A stretch of 59,613 nt of DNA from Clostridiales bacterium (GTDB taxonomy: Bacteria; Bacillota; Clostridia; Oscillospirales; Oscillospiraceae). Within the stretch, counting starts at the first letter, position 1. Each line of letters begins with the position of its first letter. Below, in pieces: positions 17,482 through 27,164 of the stretch. Location: contig JALEII010000023.1 in the NCBI GenBank assembly GCA_022770345.1, forward strand, positions 1 to 59,613, written 5' to 3'. Position numbers and translations under genes: made by a program. The notes under the pieces are model-generated. The model was not told the DNA's origin, did not search any database, and saw only the letters and a list, made by a program, of their open reading frames with translations.

Positions 17482-17862
17482 TTATTCCTGAATTCCCTGC
17501 TTTTCCAGCAGATCCAGCACCTGCTGGCCTCGGTTGGTCAGGGCCACCGAGCCTTTCACAGGGTATTTTTCGTATCCGGCGTAGGAAAATCCCTTCAGCG
17601 GGGTAGAATAGTCAATGGACACCAGATTCTTTTTCTCCAGGCACAGGAGGATCAGGGCATACTCCTGCACTGTGGCGTCCGTGGATTCCAAGTACACCGG
17701 CTCCCCTGAGTCCACTCCCCGGGCCACCGGCAGGAACGGAATACGGGCCAACGTGTCCAGCATTTCCAACTCCCCGGCATTCAGCTCCAAAGCTCCCCGG
17801 CAGCCGCCGCACCCGGCGCAGCCACTGCTGCATCCGCTGCAATTTCCGCAATCATGCGCCAT
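17482..17862 (-). CDS. Hypothetical protein with Cys-rich N-terminus and wHTH-like C-terminus
   Basis: AAGGAG RBS; CGNCSGCSSGCAGCGGC; LEKKNLV...ALTNRG; TTGACA-17-TATAAT promoter at 17887-17915. Confidence 0.85.
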   Translation of the reverse strand: MAHDCGNCSGCSSGCAGCGGCRGALELNAGELEMLDTLARIPFLPVARGVDSGEPVYLESTDATVQEYALILLCLEKKNLVSIDYSTPLKGFSYAGYEKYPVKGSVALTNRGQQVLDLLEKQGIQE

Positions 17863-17972
17863 TTGCTTTCACTCCTTACTCTTTGGATTATACGAAATTT
17901 CACCTTTTCTGTCAACCCCGTTGCGGTTTTCACAAAATCGTGGTATAGTGAGTAAAAAAGGAGGATTTTTCC

Positions 17973-18266
17973 ATGCTGCATTTGAACAAAGAAAATTTTG
18001 ACGAAACCATCGCCTCCGGTACCGTACTGGTAGACTTCTGGGCCAGTTGGTGCGGACCCTGCAAAATGATCGCACCCATCGTGGAGGAGATCGCCGCCGA
18101 GCGGCCCGACATCACCGTTGGCAAGGTCAACGTGGACGAGGAAATGGACCTGGCCCGGCGCTTCGGTATTGCCAGTATTCCCACCATTCTGGTTTTCAAA
18201 AACGGAGAACTGAGCAAAACCTCCATCGGCTACTGCTCCAAGGAAGAGCTACTTGCCCTGCTGTAA
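17973..18266 (+). CDS. trxA: Thioredoxin
   Basis: WCGPC, SIPT; GGAGG RBS; TTGCGG-17-TATAGT promoter at 17921-17949. Confidence 0.96.
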   Translation: MLHLNKENFDETIASGTVLVDFWASWCGPCKMIAPIVEEIAAERPDITVGKVNVDEEMDLARRFGIASIPTILVFKNGELSKTSIGYCSKEELLALL

Positions 18267-18307
18267 AAAAATCGGTGCCGCCCGAGTTGGACGGCACCGA
18301 TTTTTTT
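18266..18307. terminator. Bidirectional terminator
   Basis: AAAAAATCGGTGCCG/CGGCACCGATTTTTT. Confidence 0.85.
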
Positions 18308-18878
18308 ATTTTACATTGAGATTCGAGCCACCGGCGGAGGGATTCTCCACGCTCCAGGAGATGCTGTCGTCCCGGTCAATGACCGCCCAGAGGAGCCAGG
18401 TGGCCATATCCATGGTGCCCACGTCGCCGTTCATTTCCCGGGACAGCGTAACCGTTCCGGTGGACGGGTCAATGGACGCAAAGCCCACCTGAATGGAGCC
18501 GGAGCTTTCCGTATCCACCACCAGCAGCAGGGCATGCTTTTCAAAGAAAGCTGCATCATACCCGGCCAGTTCCGCATAGTCCGGCAGCTGGTCCACGGAG
18601 TTCACATAGGTCAGGGAGGAACGGCTGCCGGTGTATTCCAGCCGCAGCTTGCCCCCTTCGATGCTGGCATCCGCCGCGGGCTGTGTGGCAAACCCGCTGG
18701 TAGGCGGCACGGAAGCCCCATTCTTAGGCAGGGTCGTGGCCGCAGTCCCGGCAGTGACGGTTCCAACACTGTTGCCGGGGGTAGTCGTATTATTGGCAGT
18801 CTTTCCGCCCTTGCACCCGGCCAGAAGGACCCCGGCGGTGCAGACGGCAGGAACGGCAATTTTCCAGATTCGATTCAT
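18306..18878 (-). CDS. Lipoprotein with Thr/Pro/Ala-rich linker
   Basis: AGGAGG RBS; signal peptide with LAGC lipobox; small C-terminal domain. Confidence 0.8.
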   Translation of the reverse strand: MNRIWKIAVPAVCTAGVLLAGCKGGKTANNTTTPGNSVGTVTAGTAATTLPKNGASVPPTSGFATQPAADASIEGGKLRLEYTGSRSSLTYVNSVDQLPDYAELAGYDAAFFEKHALLLVVDTESSGSIQVGFASIDPSTGTVTLSREMNGDVGTMDMATWLLWAVIDRDDSISWSVENPSAGGSNLNVK

Positions 18879-18968
18879 AAAAATCCTCCTTTTCTGGGGT
18901 TTTGCCTCATTATAGTCCAAGTTCGTCCGCTTGTCAAGCGAATCCGTCCGTCATATAAGAACAGTTTG

Positions 18969-20243
18969 TTAATTTTCCTCGATCATCATGCGGATGATGG
19001 TCCGGTCCGTCTCCCGCATTCCCTCGCTGGCCAGGGTGGCCACGTTGCGAATGGTATTCTCAACCCCCTTGACCACAATGCCCTCGCCGCCGAAGAATTG
19101 GGACTTATGCATCTGCATCTGCATGCCCAGCAGCCCCGCCTCCACGGCAGAGGCAATTTTTGCGGCGCAGCTGGCCTTGGCTCCGTCGCAGATCATGCCG
19201 GAATCGATGGCCACAGCGTTGACGATGGTATGGGCAATGTCCTTTTCGTCTCCACCGTAGAGATACATGACCCCTGCGCCCGCTCCGCACCCGGCGGCGG
19301 TGGCGCCGCAGTAGGCGGACAGGCTGCCGATGCCGGTTTTCAGATGGATGGTCACCAAATTAGAAACCACCAGCGCCCGGTAGAGAATTTCCTGGGAAAC
19401 ACCCAGCTCTTTGGCATAGACGATCACCGGCAAACTGGCGGTAAGGCCCTGATTGCCGGATCCGGAATTGATGACCACAGGCTTCTCGCAGCCGTTCATC
19501 CGGGCATCAGACCCGGCGGCGGCGTAGGCCTTCGCCCGGTTATGAACACACATTCCGTAGGATTGCAGGAGGATTTTGCCGATATTGGCCCCGTATTCCC
19601 CCCGCAGGCCCTCCTGGGCAATGTCCCAGTTGCAGTCAATTTGCCGTTGCAGGGTCTTGGCCACATCCTCGATCTTCACCGTGTTGGCAAACTCCACAAT
19701 GCGCTCCACGCTGAGCAGGCTTCTGTCCGTCTCATGTCGAATGGCAGCCTCGCTGTAATCCCGGTGGTGGACGATGGCCCCGTTCCGCTCCACCTGAATA
19801 ACATTGGTGTGAAACCCGGCAATTTCAGCACTGGCGGTGTCCGCTCCGGCGAACAACACCACCCGGATATGAAAAACATAGTCCTTTCCGGACCGCTCCA
19901 CATGGAATTCGCCTTTTTCCAGGAAGTCATCAATGGTCCGGACCTGGTCCTCCGTGACCTGGGAAAGCACCTGCAATCCCGCATCGGCCCGATCGGCAAT
20001 GATGCCCGCCGCAGCGGCGGCCGCAATGCCCCGCTTGCCGCCGGTGTGGGGGACCACCACGCTTTTCACGTTTTTGATGATGTTGGCGCTGGCCTCTATG
20101 CACACCCGCTCCGGCATGGCCCCCAGGGTCCTTCTGGCCAGGGCGGCGCAGTAGGCCACGGCGATGGGTTCCGTGCAGCCCATGGCGCATTGCAGTTCTT
20201 CCTTCAAAATGGAGACGAACTCCCGATAAATTTTCTCTTCCAC
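18969..20243 (-). CDS. L-cysteine desulfidase / serine dehydratase alpha family (CdsB/YhaM-like)
   Basis: GCTEP, SDARMNG, SGSGNQG, SAYCG, GMICDGAKASCAAK. Confidence 0.9.
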   Translation of the reverse strand: MEEKIYREFVSILKEELQCAMGCTEPIAVAYCAALARRTLGAMPERVCIEASANIIKNVKSVVVPHTGGKRGIAAAAAAGIIADRADAGLQVLSQVTEDQVRTIDDFLEKGEFHVERSGKDYVFHIRVVLFAGADTASAEIAGFHTNVIQVERNGAIVHHRDYSEAAIRHETDRSLLSVERIVEFANTVKIEDVAKTLQRQIDCNWDIAQEGLRGEYGANIGKILLQSYGMCVHNRAKAYAAAGSDARMNGCEKPVVINSGSGNQGLTASLPVIVYAKELGVSQEILYRALVVSNLVTIHLKTGIGSLSAYCGATAAGCGAGAGVMYLYGGDEKDIAHTIVNAVAIDSGMICDGAKASCAAKIASAVEAGLLGMQMQMHKSQFFGGEGIVVKGVENTIRNVATLASEGMRETDRTIIRMMIEEN

Positions 20244-20374
20244 GATATGTCCTCCGGGGAAATTTTTCTTTTCATTATACCACGGTTTCCCGAAAAATCC
20301 AATCCTTTTCGGAAACTCTTGCTTTTTCCGACGTTTCGGCTTATAATAGCCCCAAGATACAAGGAGGGATTTCC

Positions 20375-21898
20375 ATGACCTTTGCCCGAAAAGTCTTTTT
20401 GCAGTTGCCCAGCCCCTCCCCCGCCGACCTGCTTGCGGACCGGGAGCGTGTACTGGAAGCCTTTCACGCCGATTCCATGACCCTGAGCACCATGCAGAAG
20501 CTCTACCCCACCCTAAAAAAAGCCAATTACGCCGTCACCGCCAGTCTGAGTCCCACCAACACCGGCTGGGAGATCCGAAACATTGAAGCCGGGGACACCC
20601 GGAGTCGATCCTTTGCCCTGGCTCTGGACCTGGGCAGCACCACCCTGGAAATGGAGCTGTTGGACCTGAACACCGGGGAAACCCTGGCCTCCGGCAAAGC
20701 CACCAATGGTCAGACGGCCATTTCCGCCAACATTCTTGATCGCATTCTTTACGCTAAGGACCGGCCGGACCATCTGGCTCATTTGCAAGCCCTGGTGACG
20801 GAGAACATCAACAATCTGATCGTCCGCTGCTGCACCCAGGCCCAGGTAGATCCATCAGAAATTCTCCTGCTGGCCGTGGGCGGCAACACCACCATGATAC
20901 ACCTTCTTCTTGCCTGCGAACCCTGGCAAGTATTCCAGATTCCTTACACCCCGGTCTTTTACGATCCCGGCATTCAGGAAGCACGGGACATTGGCTTGAA
21001 TCTTTCTTGCAGTGTCTTTTGTATGCCTGCGGTGGCTAATTATCTGGGTGGGGACATCACCTCCGGCCTTTTGATGACGGACCTGGACACAAGAACGGAC
21101 CCGGCGCTGTTTCTGGACATCGGCACCAACGGGGAAATCGCCTTCGGCTGCAAGGATTTTCTGCTGGTGGGTGCCGGTGCGGCCGGGCCCGCTTTGGAAG
21201 GGGCCGTCAGCAAATCGGGAATGCGGGCAGAGCCGGGGGCGGTTTGTAATGTGACTATCGACGAAAGGGACCAAATCCACGTAAAAACCATCGGAGACAA
21301 GCCCCCGATGGGCATATGCGGCTCCGGCATTCTGGACCTGATCGCCCACGGCTTTCTGGCCGGGTGGATCAACGGCAACGGCACGCTGAACGTGGACGCC
21401 GCCCCAGCCATCCGCTGGACCTACGAGCCGGACACCCAGCGGCAGCTGCCCGCCATTTGCTACGCCCAGGGACCGGAGGGTCCCCTGCTTTTCACCCAAG
21501 CGGACATTCAGGAATTCATCCGCTGCAAGGCCGCCGCCTTCACCATGGCCGCCACATTGATGGAGGAATGCGGCGTGACCCCTTCGGACCTGGGGGCTAT
21601 GTATCTGGCCGGAGGGTTTGGGGAACACATGGACCTGGAATCCGCCATTACCGTGGGAATGTACCCGGATATTTCACGGGAAAAGTTCAAGATTCTCGGA
21701 AATAGTTCCCTGAAAGGGGTCAAGAAGCTGCTGTTGGACGAAGCGCAGTTGCCCCGGCTGCGGAAATTCGCCCAGGATGCCCAGTATGTGCAGTTCGGTG
21801 AAATGGCCCGGTTCCCGGAAAATATGGTCGCCGCCCAGTTCCTGCCCCATACGGACACCCGGCTGTTCCCCAGCGTGCAGCCAGGAAAAAGGAAATAA
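20375..21898 (+). CDS. ASKHA-fold ATPase, RACo/DUF4445 corrinoid-activator family (no ferredoxin domain)
   Basis: DLGSTT, GNTTM, YLGGDI, DIGTNGE, AGPALEG, GICGSG, LAGGFG. Confidence 0.88.
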   Translation: MTFARKVFLQLPSPSPADLLADRERVLEAFHADSMTLSTMQKLYPTLKKANYAVTASLSPTNTGWEIRNIEAGDTRSRSFALALDLGSTTLEMELLDLNTGETLASGKATNGQTAISANILDRILYAKDRPDHLAHLQALVTENINNLIVRCCTQAQVDPSEILLLAVGGNTTMIHLLLACEPWQVFQIPYTPVFYDPGIQEARDIGLNLSCSVFCMPAVANYLGGDITSGLLMTDLDTRTDPALFLDIGTNGEIAFGCKDFLLVGAGAAGPALEGAVSKSGMRAEPGAVCNVTIDERDQIHVKTIGDKPPMGICGSGILDLIAHGFLAGWINGNGTLNVDAAPAIRWTYEPDTQRQLPAICYAQGPEGPLLFTQADIQEFIRCKAAAFTMAATLMEECGVTPSDLGAMYLAGGFGEHMDLESAITVGMYPDISREKFKILGNSSLKGVKKLLLDEAQLPRLRKFAQDAQYVQFGEMARFPENMVAAQFLPHTDTRLFPSVQPGKRK

Positions 21899-21902
21899 AC
21901 GC

Positions 21903-22166
21903 ATGGACCAACATCCCATCCGAGAATTTGACGCTGCCACCCTTGCCACCACGAATCCCTTTCACGGAGACGAGGACGATGCCATGACCACAGATTCTTC
22001 CCTGCCGGTGATTGTCGTAGAGTCGAAACCCGGCTTTGGCAAGCTCATCGACGGAAACCATCGGCTTTTTAAGGCGCTGGCCCTGCGCCACCCCACCGTC
22101 CGGGCCGCAGGCGGGTATTGTTCAGGACAAGAACGTGACCCACGGATTTTTCGTCTGGGAGCGTAA
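21903..22166 (+). pseudogene. ParB/Srx-like domain fragment
   Basis: PVIVV...KLIDGNHRLFKA motif in an 87-aa ORF whose ends look truncated. Confidence 0.5.
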
Positions 22167-22277
22167 CGTCACCTATCACTGCGCTGGCTGCCGGATTTTC
22201 CTGGCATCGGAGGACGGAAGAAGTTTAAAGGAAAAGAAGGACCGCCCCGGAGAGGTTTTCTCCCCGGGGCGGCGTTT

Positions 22278-22883
22278 TTATCCCATTTTCTCGAACCGCA
22301 GGGCAATCATTTCCGTTGCCTGGTCCAAGGTGTACCTGGAGGTGTCGATGCACAGGTCGTAGTGACTCGGGTCGCCCCAAATCATCCCTGTGTAGGACTC
22401 GTAGTATTTCTTCCGCTGCTTGTCCATTTTGTGGACCAGCTTGGAGGCCTGATTCAGCGTCAGGTTCTCCTGGATCATCTTCCGGCGGATGCGCTGCTCC
22501 TCCGGAGCCGACACGAACACCCGTAGCAGTTGCACATCCTTGTCTTTCAACACAAAGTCGGCGCAGCGACCCACGAACACACACTCCTCCCGCTTGGCGA
22601 TCCGACGAATCTCGTGGCTTTGCAGAGCAAACAGCACCTCGGAGGTGGATTTACCCCGGAGCACATGATAATTGCCCTCATGAACCGTCTGGAACAGGTA
22701 GGGATTGGTGGCCTTTTCGTCGGAATCCGTCATGGCGGTCTCCGGCAGCTCGCCGTATTCGCAGGCCAGCCGCACCAGTTCCCGCTCGTAGACCTTCAGG
22801 CCCAGCCGCCCGGCCGTCTTGACGGCGATCTCATGGCCGCCGCTGCCGAACTGGCGGCTGATGCTAATGATCCGATTTCCCAT
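22278..22883 (-). CDS. Cytidylate kinase-like family protein
   Basis: ISRQFGSGG, VFVGRCAD, DKQRKKYY...WG...YDLCID. Confidence 0.9.
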   Translation of the reverse strand: MGNRIISISRQFGSGGHEIAVKTAGRLGLKVYERELVRLACEYGELPETAMTDSDEKATNPYLFQTVHEGNYHVLRGKSTSEVLFALQSHEIRRIAKREECVFVGRCADFVLKDKDVQLLRVFVSAPEEQRIRRKMIQENLTLNQASKLVHKMDKQRKKYYESYTGMIWGDPSHYDLCIDTSRYTLDQATEMIALRFEKMG

Positions 22884-22904
22884 GATTCTCTCTCCTCCAC
22901 TTTT

Positions 22905-25900
22905 TTATTTTTTCAGTGCGCTGCAGACAGCCTCCGGGAAGGAGACCTCCCGGTCCACGAAGGTAATGGCAGCGGCAAGGGACACATTGGTATCCGTCAG
23001 CACGATGCGGGCGGTTCCGGAGCAGGAAATATTCAGTGCCGTGATGGTTCCGTCGGTGATGGTCAGCCTCAAGGCGCCGGTGGTGAAGGTTATGTTCTGG
23101 CTCTCCACGTCCGGAGCAATGGCGGCGGCAAGCTGCTTCATGCCGTCCTGATCCAGGACCATGGTGTAGATCCAGGTGTCGCCGCTCTGCTGAGCGGTGA
23201 CGGTGCCGGAAGCCATCATAGTATAAGCCAGGTCGATGAGCTTGGCGCTGTCCGCCATAGCCTTTCCTGTGGAAACGGCCCGGCCGGTGCCGTCGCAGAG
23301 GGTATCTCCGGAGAAATACACCGCCACGCTGCCCTTGCGCACGCAGCCCAAGGTGTCGCCCTCGCTGCGGAGACGGTCATATTCCAGGGTATCGTTTATC
23401 ACGATGGGGCCGCAGTCTGCCTGGAGCGCAATGTCGGCGCTGTAGCTTTCCTTGCTTTCCAGGGTCGCCCAGGCTTCCAGAAGCCGCAGCACATCGTCGG
23501 TGATGGTATTTTTGCCTTCGGAAGTCCCGTCCGAAATAGCATCCAGCACCACATCCGGAATCACCGGAGCCGTGCGGGTGCCGGTATTCAGGATAGCCTT
23601 GCCGGAAAGGCTGCCGCTGTCGCTGCTGCCGGAGAATTCCAGCGTGGTCAGACTGCCGTCGGTGGCCGTCAGAACCAGTTCCAGCTTATTCACACCCTCC
23701 ACCGGGTCCCCAAGCAGGTTCAGGAACTTGGCCGCATCGCTGCCGGAGGCGGTGATTGTGTAGCGGGTCTTGGAGCCGGATTGGGTTTTGTCCACATTGA
23801 GCAGCTTGTAAAGCTCCACCGCCTGGTCCATGATGGCGGAATAATCCGCCTTACCCACGGCGTATGCCTTTCCGTTGTCCAGATACACGCTGCCGTCAGC
23901 GTAATACAGCTTCACGCCGCCGCTCTCCACCATGGTAATCCGCTCCCCATCCACTTTCGTGGAGCGGATCTGGGCATCGGTGTGGAAGTCCACGCCACTC
24001 AGCTCCGTGTCCAGTCCCAGAGAAAGGGACATGGGGTCCTTCTGGACGTAGGCATTCAGGAGCCGGTAAGCCTCCAGGCCCTTGCCCAGATTGCCGGCCA
24101 GCAGCACATAGGCTCCCACACCCAGAGCCGCCACCAGGACCACGATCAGCACCGGAATCCACCAGCGCTTTTTCTTCTTAGGCTGCTGGGGCAGGGTCAC
24201 TTTTCCGCTGCGCAGGGCCTCCAGTTCGGCCTCCGCACGGGCCAGCCGCTCCTCTGCGGTCAGTTCTTCTTCCTTTTGCTCCGCAGGTTCCTCGTCTTCT
24301 TCCAGAGGCAGCTCCTGCAGGATGGGCTTGCGCTTATGATTCCTGTGGACCAGCACCAGGATGGTGATAATGACCGCCGCCAAAGCCATAACGGCCAGCA
24401 GCCAAATCCACCACACGGCAAAAGTCGTGACTACCGCCAGATGGACGGTACTGCCCGTCACCGGGAACACCAGGTAGCTTCCAATGGTGTCGTAATCCGC
24501 CCGGGCCCATCCACCGTTGTCCTCCACATAGAGCCGGAGGTTACTGGTTTTCCCGGAGGGAGCCAGGTAACGGAGGGTATGCTCGCTGCGGCCGTCGTCG
24601 GTGAAGGTGATCTTCCACTGCTCCACCACTTCACGGTCAATGACCATGGCCGGGAAGCCGCCCTTGGAGAAATAATCCGCCAGGTCTTCCGTAGTCATCT
24701 CCGTGGCCGTCACCGCTTCCGGGGCGGCGGTCATGGCACTATTTTCGTCGTAATCCCCTTCCAGCAGGAACACGCTGCGGCCGTTTTCCCGGGTCTCCTG
24801 AGAGGCCAGGCCCGGCACATAGGGGGTGTACACGGCGGTAACGACTGTATCAAAATGCAGGTCCGTCAGGTCCTCCCGGTCCCAGCGGGCGTAATAGCCA
24901 TCCTTTGCCGGGATTTTGGGGAAGATGTCGGATCCGAAAGAGGCCCCGTAGGAGAAGGAATCCGTGAACAACGTCACGTCATCCGCCACAAAGGTCAGCG
25001 TAAAAGACTGCATGGCCTGGGGCAGGCCCGTGACCTGGGAAAGCTGAGTATAGGTCATAGGCTCCGCTTCCCCGGCGATACTCTGACGGTTAATACCGGC
25101 CAGGGTATCTGAAACGAAGTAGTTTCCTGCGAAAGTTCCTTTCTCGGAGCCGGAAACGGCACCCTGATACTGCCCCCCCTCGGGAATCTCCACCATGGAA
25201 TAGCAGCCCGTAACTGTGGAAGAACTGCCGCTGACAGTTTCCTCCACGCCGGAGCCCACAATGCCGCCCACATACTTTCCGCCCTTCAGGGTAGCCTTGG
25301 CGTAGGAATCCCGGACGGTAGCTGCGGTCAGGCCCGCAATGCCGCCCACATAGTCACCGCCTTCGCTTTCCACACTGCCGAAGCCCCTGCAGCCGGTCAG
25401 AAAGCCCAGATCCATCCGGCCCACGATGCCGCCCACATAGCTGCGCTTTCCGGTAATTACGCCGTCATTTTCACAAAGCTGGATCACGGCCTTGTATTCA
25501 TACTGCCGCCGGTACTCGCCGCTCAGGTCTCCGGACACGTCGTCCTCCGGGTCAGCGGTGTACTCCTGGCCCATGGACCCGGCCACGCCGCCGGCGTTGA
25601 TATTGCCGGAAACGGCCCCGCGGTTGGTGCAGTAGGAAACTTTGCCCAAAGTAATGGCATCAATGTCCAGTGCGGAGGCGTCGGTGACGATATCCCCATT
25701 CTCCACCTGGTCCATAGCCTCAAAGAGGGTGTCGGACAGTTCGGAGAACTTGGCGTTGATCTGCCGCACGTCCTCGGCCAGGGTCCCCACAGTCCCCGCC
25801 ACGGCGCTGTTCAGCAGGGCAATTTGTCCGCTGATGCCGTTTACGGCGGAGCTGAGGCCCCCCAGGTCCGGGGAAGCCACGATGCTGGTGCTGGCATCGA

Positions 25901-27164
25901 TGGTGCCGCTGCCTTCGCCGGTGTGGTCAAGGTCCACACTGCCGCGAACGCTGACGCTGGTGCCGCCCTCCGGGGTGGGGTTCACGTCCACTTGGGGATT
26001 GCCGCCGACGGTGGTATCGGAGGAGGTATTGCCGGAGCCGTTGATATTGGTATTCACGTCGGCATTGACCTTCACCTTTCCGGCCTCGTCCACGGCAGTA
26101 TCCACATAGCCGGACAGGCTGTTCAACCGGGAGGACACGCCCCCTGCGCCGCCCTCGGCATCGTCGGACGCCTGGTCGATGAGCTTGGAAAGCTCGTCCA
26201 GTTGCCGCTGCAGCTTGCTGCGGGTGCTTTCGGACAGGGCCACCTGCACATAAGGCTCCATCTGGCCCACGATGCCGCCCACGTCCTTCCGGCCGCAGAC
26301 GCTGCCCTCGTTGGAGCTGTTCTTCACGGCACCGCTGCTGCGGCCTACCACGCCGCCTACGTTATAGCCGATGTGCTGATGGCCGATGGCCCCGTAGTTC
26401 ACGCAGTTGTCCACCGTGCCGGAGGAATATCCCGCCACGCCGCCGGTATCGGTGGCCACATTGGCCGTGTCGATCTGGGACAGCATAGAAAGGTCCAGAG
26501 AGAAATTCAGAGAAAGCTCGTCCAGATTCATGCCCGGGTCCGTGCTTTCGATATTCACATACATTTTATTCCGGGAATCCTGCACCAGTCCCAAATTGCA
26601 GCCCACCAGACCGCCGGTGCTGTTGGTGCCGAACACCGCCCCGGAAGCAGTGGCATTTTTCACGCTCCCCAGGTTCCGGCCCACCAGGCCACCCACGTTC
26701 CGCTTGCCGGAGACCGTACCGGTGAAGGTGCAGTTCTCCACGGTGCCTGCATTGACACCGGCCAAGCCGCCCACGTCGGTCTTTTCTCCGTCGGGGCAGA
26801 CGCTGCCCTCCAGATTCAGGTTCCGGACCACCGCACCGGTCTGCAGCCGGGCGAACAAGCCCGCCGGGGCCACGGTGTCGATCATTTCCAGGCCGGTAAT
26901 GGTGTGGCCGTCACCCTCAAAGGTCCCGCCGAAGGTGGAAATGGGGGTGAAGCCCGTATTGGCCAGGGAAATGTCCGCCGTCAGGCACACGGTCTTGCCC
27001 CGGGACCAGGAATCCAGGGTGCAGCTTTCGGCAAATTCCAGAAATTCCTCCGCCGAGGAAATGGTGAGCGTCCCCTCCTCTGCCCGGACTGCCGGAACAG
27101 CGGCAAAGAGCATCACCAGCGCCAGCACAAGGGCGCTCAAGCGGAACCAACACTTATTCATCAT
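22905..27164 (-). CDS. Large secreted/membrane-anchored GLUG-motif protein with coiled-coil insert and two C-terminal TM helices
   Basis: Signal peptide (AVRA), many VGGxxG repeats, TFEGDGHTITGL, two heptad regions, TM1, charged loop, TM2, ~390-aa tail; start overlaps the MMPL stop. Confidence 0.88.
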   Translation of the reverse strand: MMNKCWFRLSALVLALVMLFAAVPAVRAEEGTLTISSAEEFLEFAESCTLDSWSRGKTVCLTADISLANTGFTPISTFGGTFEGDGHTITGLEMIDTVAPAGLFARLQTGAVVRNLNLEGSVCPDGEKTDVGGLAGVNAGTVENCTFTGTVSGKRNVGGLVGRNLGSVKNATASGAVFGTNSTGGLVGCNLGLVQDSRNKMYVNIESTDPGMNLDELSLNFSLDLSMLSQIDTANVATDTGGVAGYSSGTVDNCVNYGAIGHQHIGYNVGGVVGRSSGAVKNSSNEGSVCGRKDVGGIVGQMEPYVQVALSESTRSKLQRQLDELSKLIDQASDDAEGGAGGVSSRLNSLSGYVDTAVDEAGKVKVNADVNTNINGSGNTSSDTTVGGNPQVDVNPTPEGGTSVSVRGSVDLDHTGEGSGTIDASTSIVASPDLGGLSSAVNGISGQIALLNSAVAGTVGTLAEDVRQINAKFSELSDTLFEAMDQVENGDIVTDASALDIDAITLGKVSYCTNRGAVSGNINAGGVAGSMGQEYTADPEDDVSGDLSGEYRRQYEYKAVIQLCENDGVITGKRSYVGGIVGRMDLGFLTGCRGFGSVESEGGDYVGGIAGLTAATVRDSYAKATLKGGKYVGGIVGSGVEETVSGSSSTVTGCYSMVEIPEGGQYQGAVSGSEKGTFAGNYFVSDTLAGINRQSIAGEAEPMTYTQLSQVTGLPQAMQSFTLTFVADDVTLFTDSFSYGASFGSDIFPKIPAKDGYYARWDREDLTDLHFDTVVTAVYTPYVPGLASQETRENGRSVFLLEGDYDENSAMTAAPEAVTATEMTTEDLADYFSKGGFPAMVIDREVVEQWKITFTDDGRSEHTLRYLAPSGKTSNLRLYVEDNGGWARADYDTIGSYLVFPVTGSTVHLAVVTTFAVWWIWLLAVMALAAVIITILVLVHRNHKRKPILQELPLEEDEEPAEQKEEELTAEERLARAEAELEALRSGKVTLPQQPKKKKRWWIPVLIVVLVAALGVGAYVLLAGNLGKGLEAYRLLNAYVQKDPMSLSLGLDTELSGVDFHTDAQIRSTKVDGERITMVESGGVKLYYADGSVYLDNGKAYAVGKADYSAIMDQAVELYKLLNVDKTQSGSKTRYTITASGSDAAKFLNLLGDPVEGVNKLELVLTATDGSLTTLEFSGSSDSGSLSGKAILNTGTRTAPVIPDVVLDAISDGTSEGKNTITDDVLRLLEAWATLESKESYSADIALQADCGPIVINDTLEYDRLRSEGDTLGCVRKGSVAVYFSGDTLCDGTGRAVSTGKAMADSAKLIDLAYTMMASGTVTAQQSGDTWIYTMVLDQDGMKQLAAAIAPDVESQNITFTTGALRLTITDGTITALNISCSGTARIVLTDTNVSLAAAITFVDREVSFPEAVCSALKK

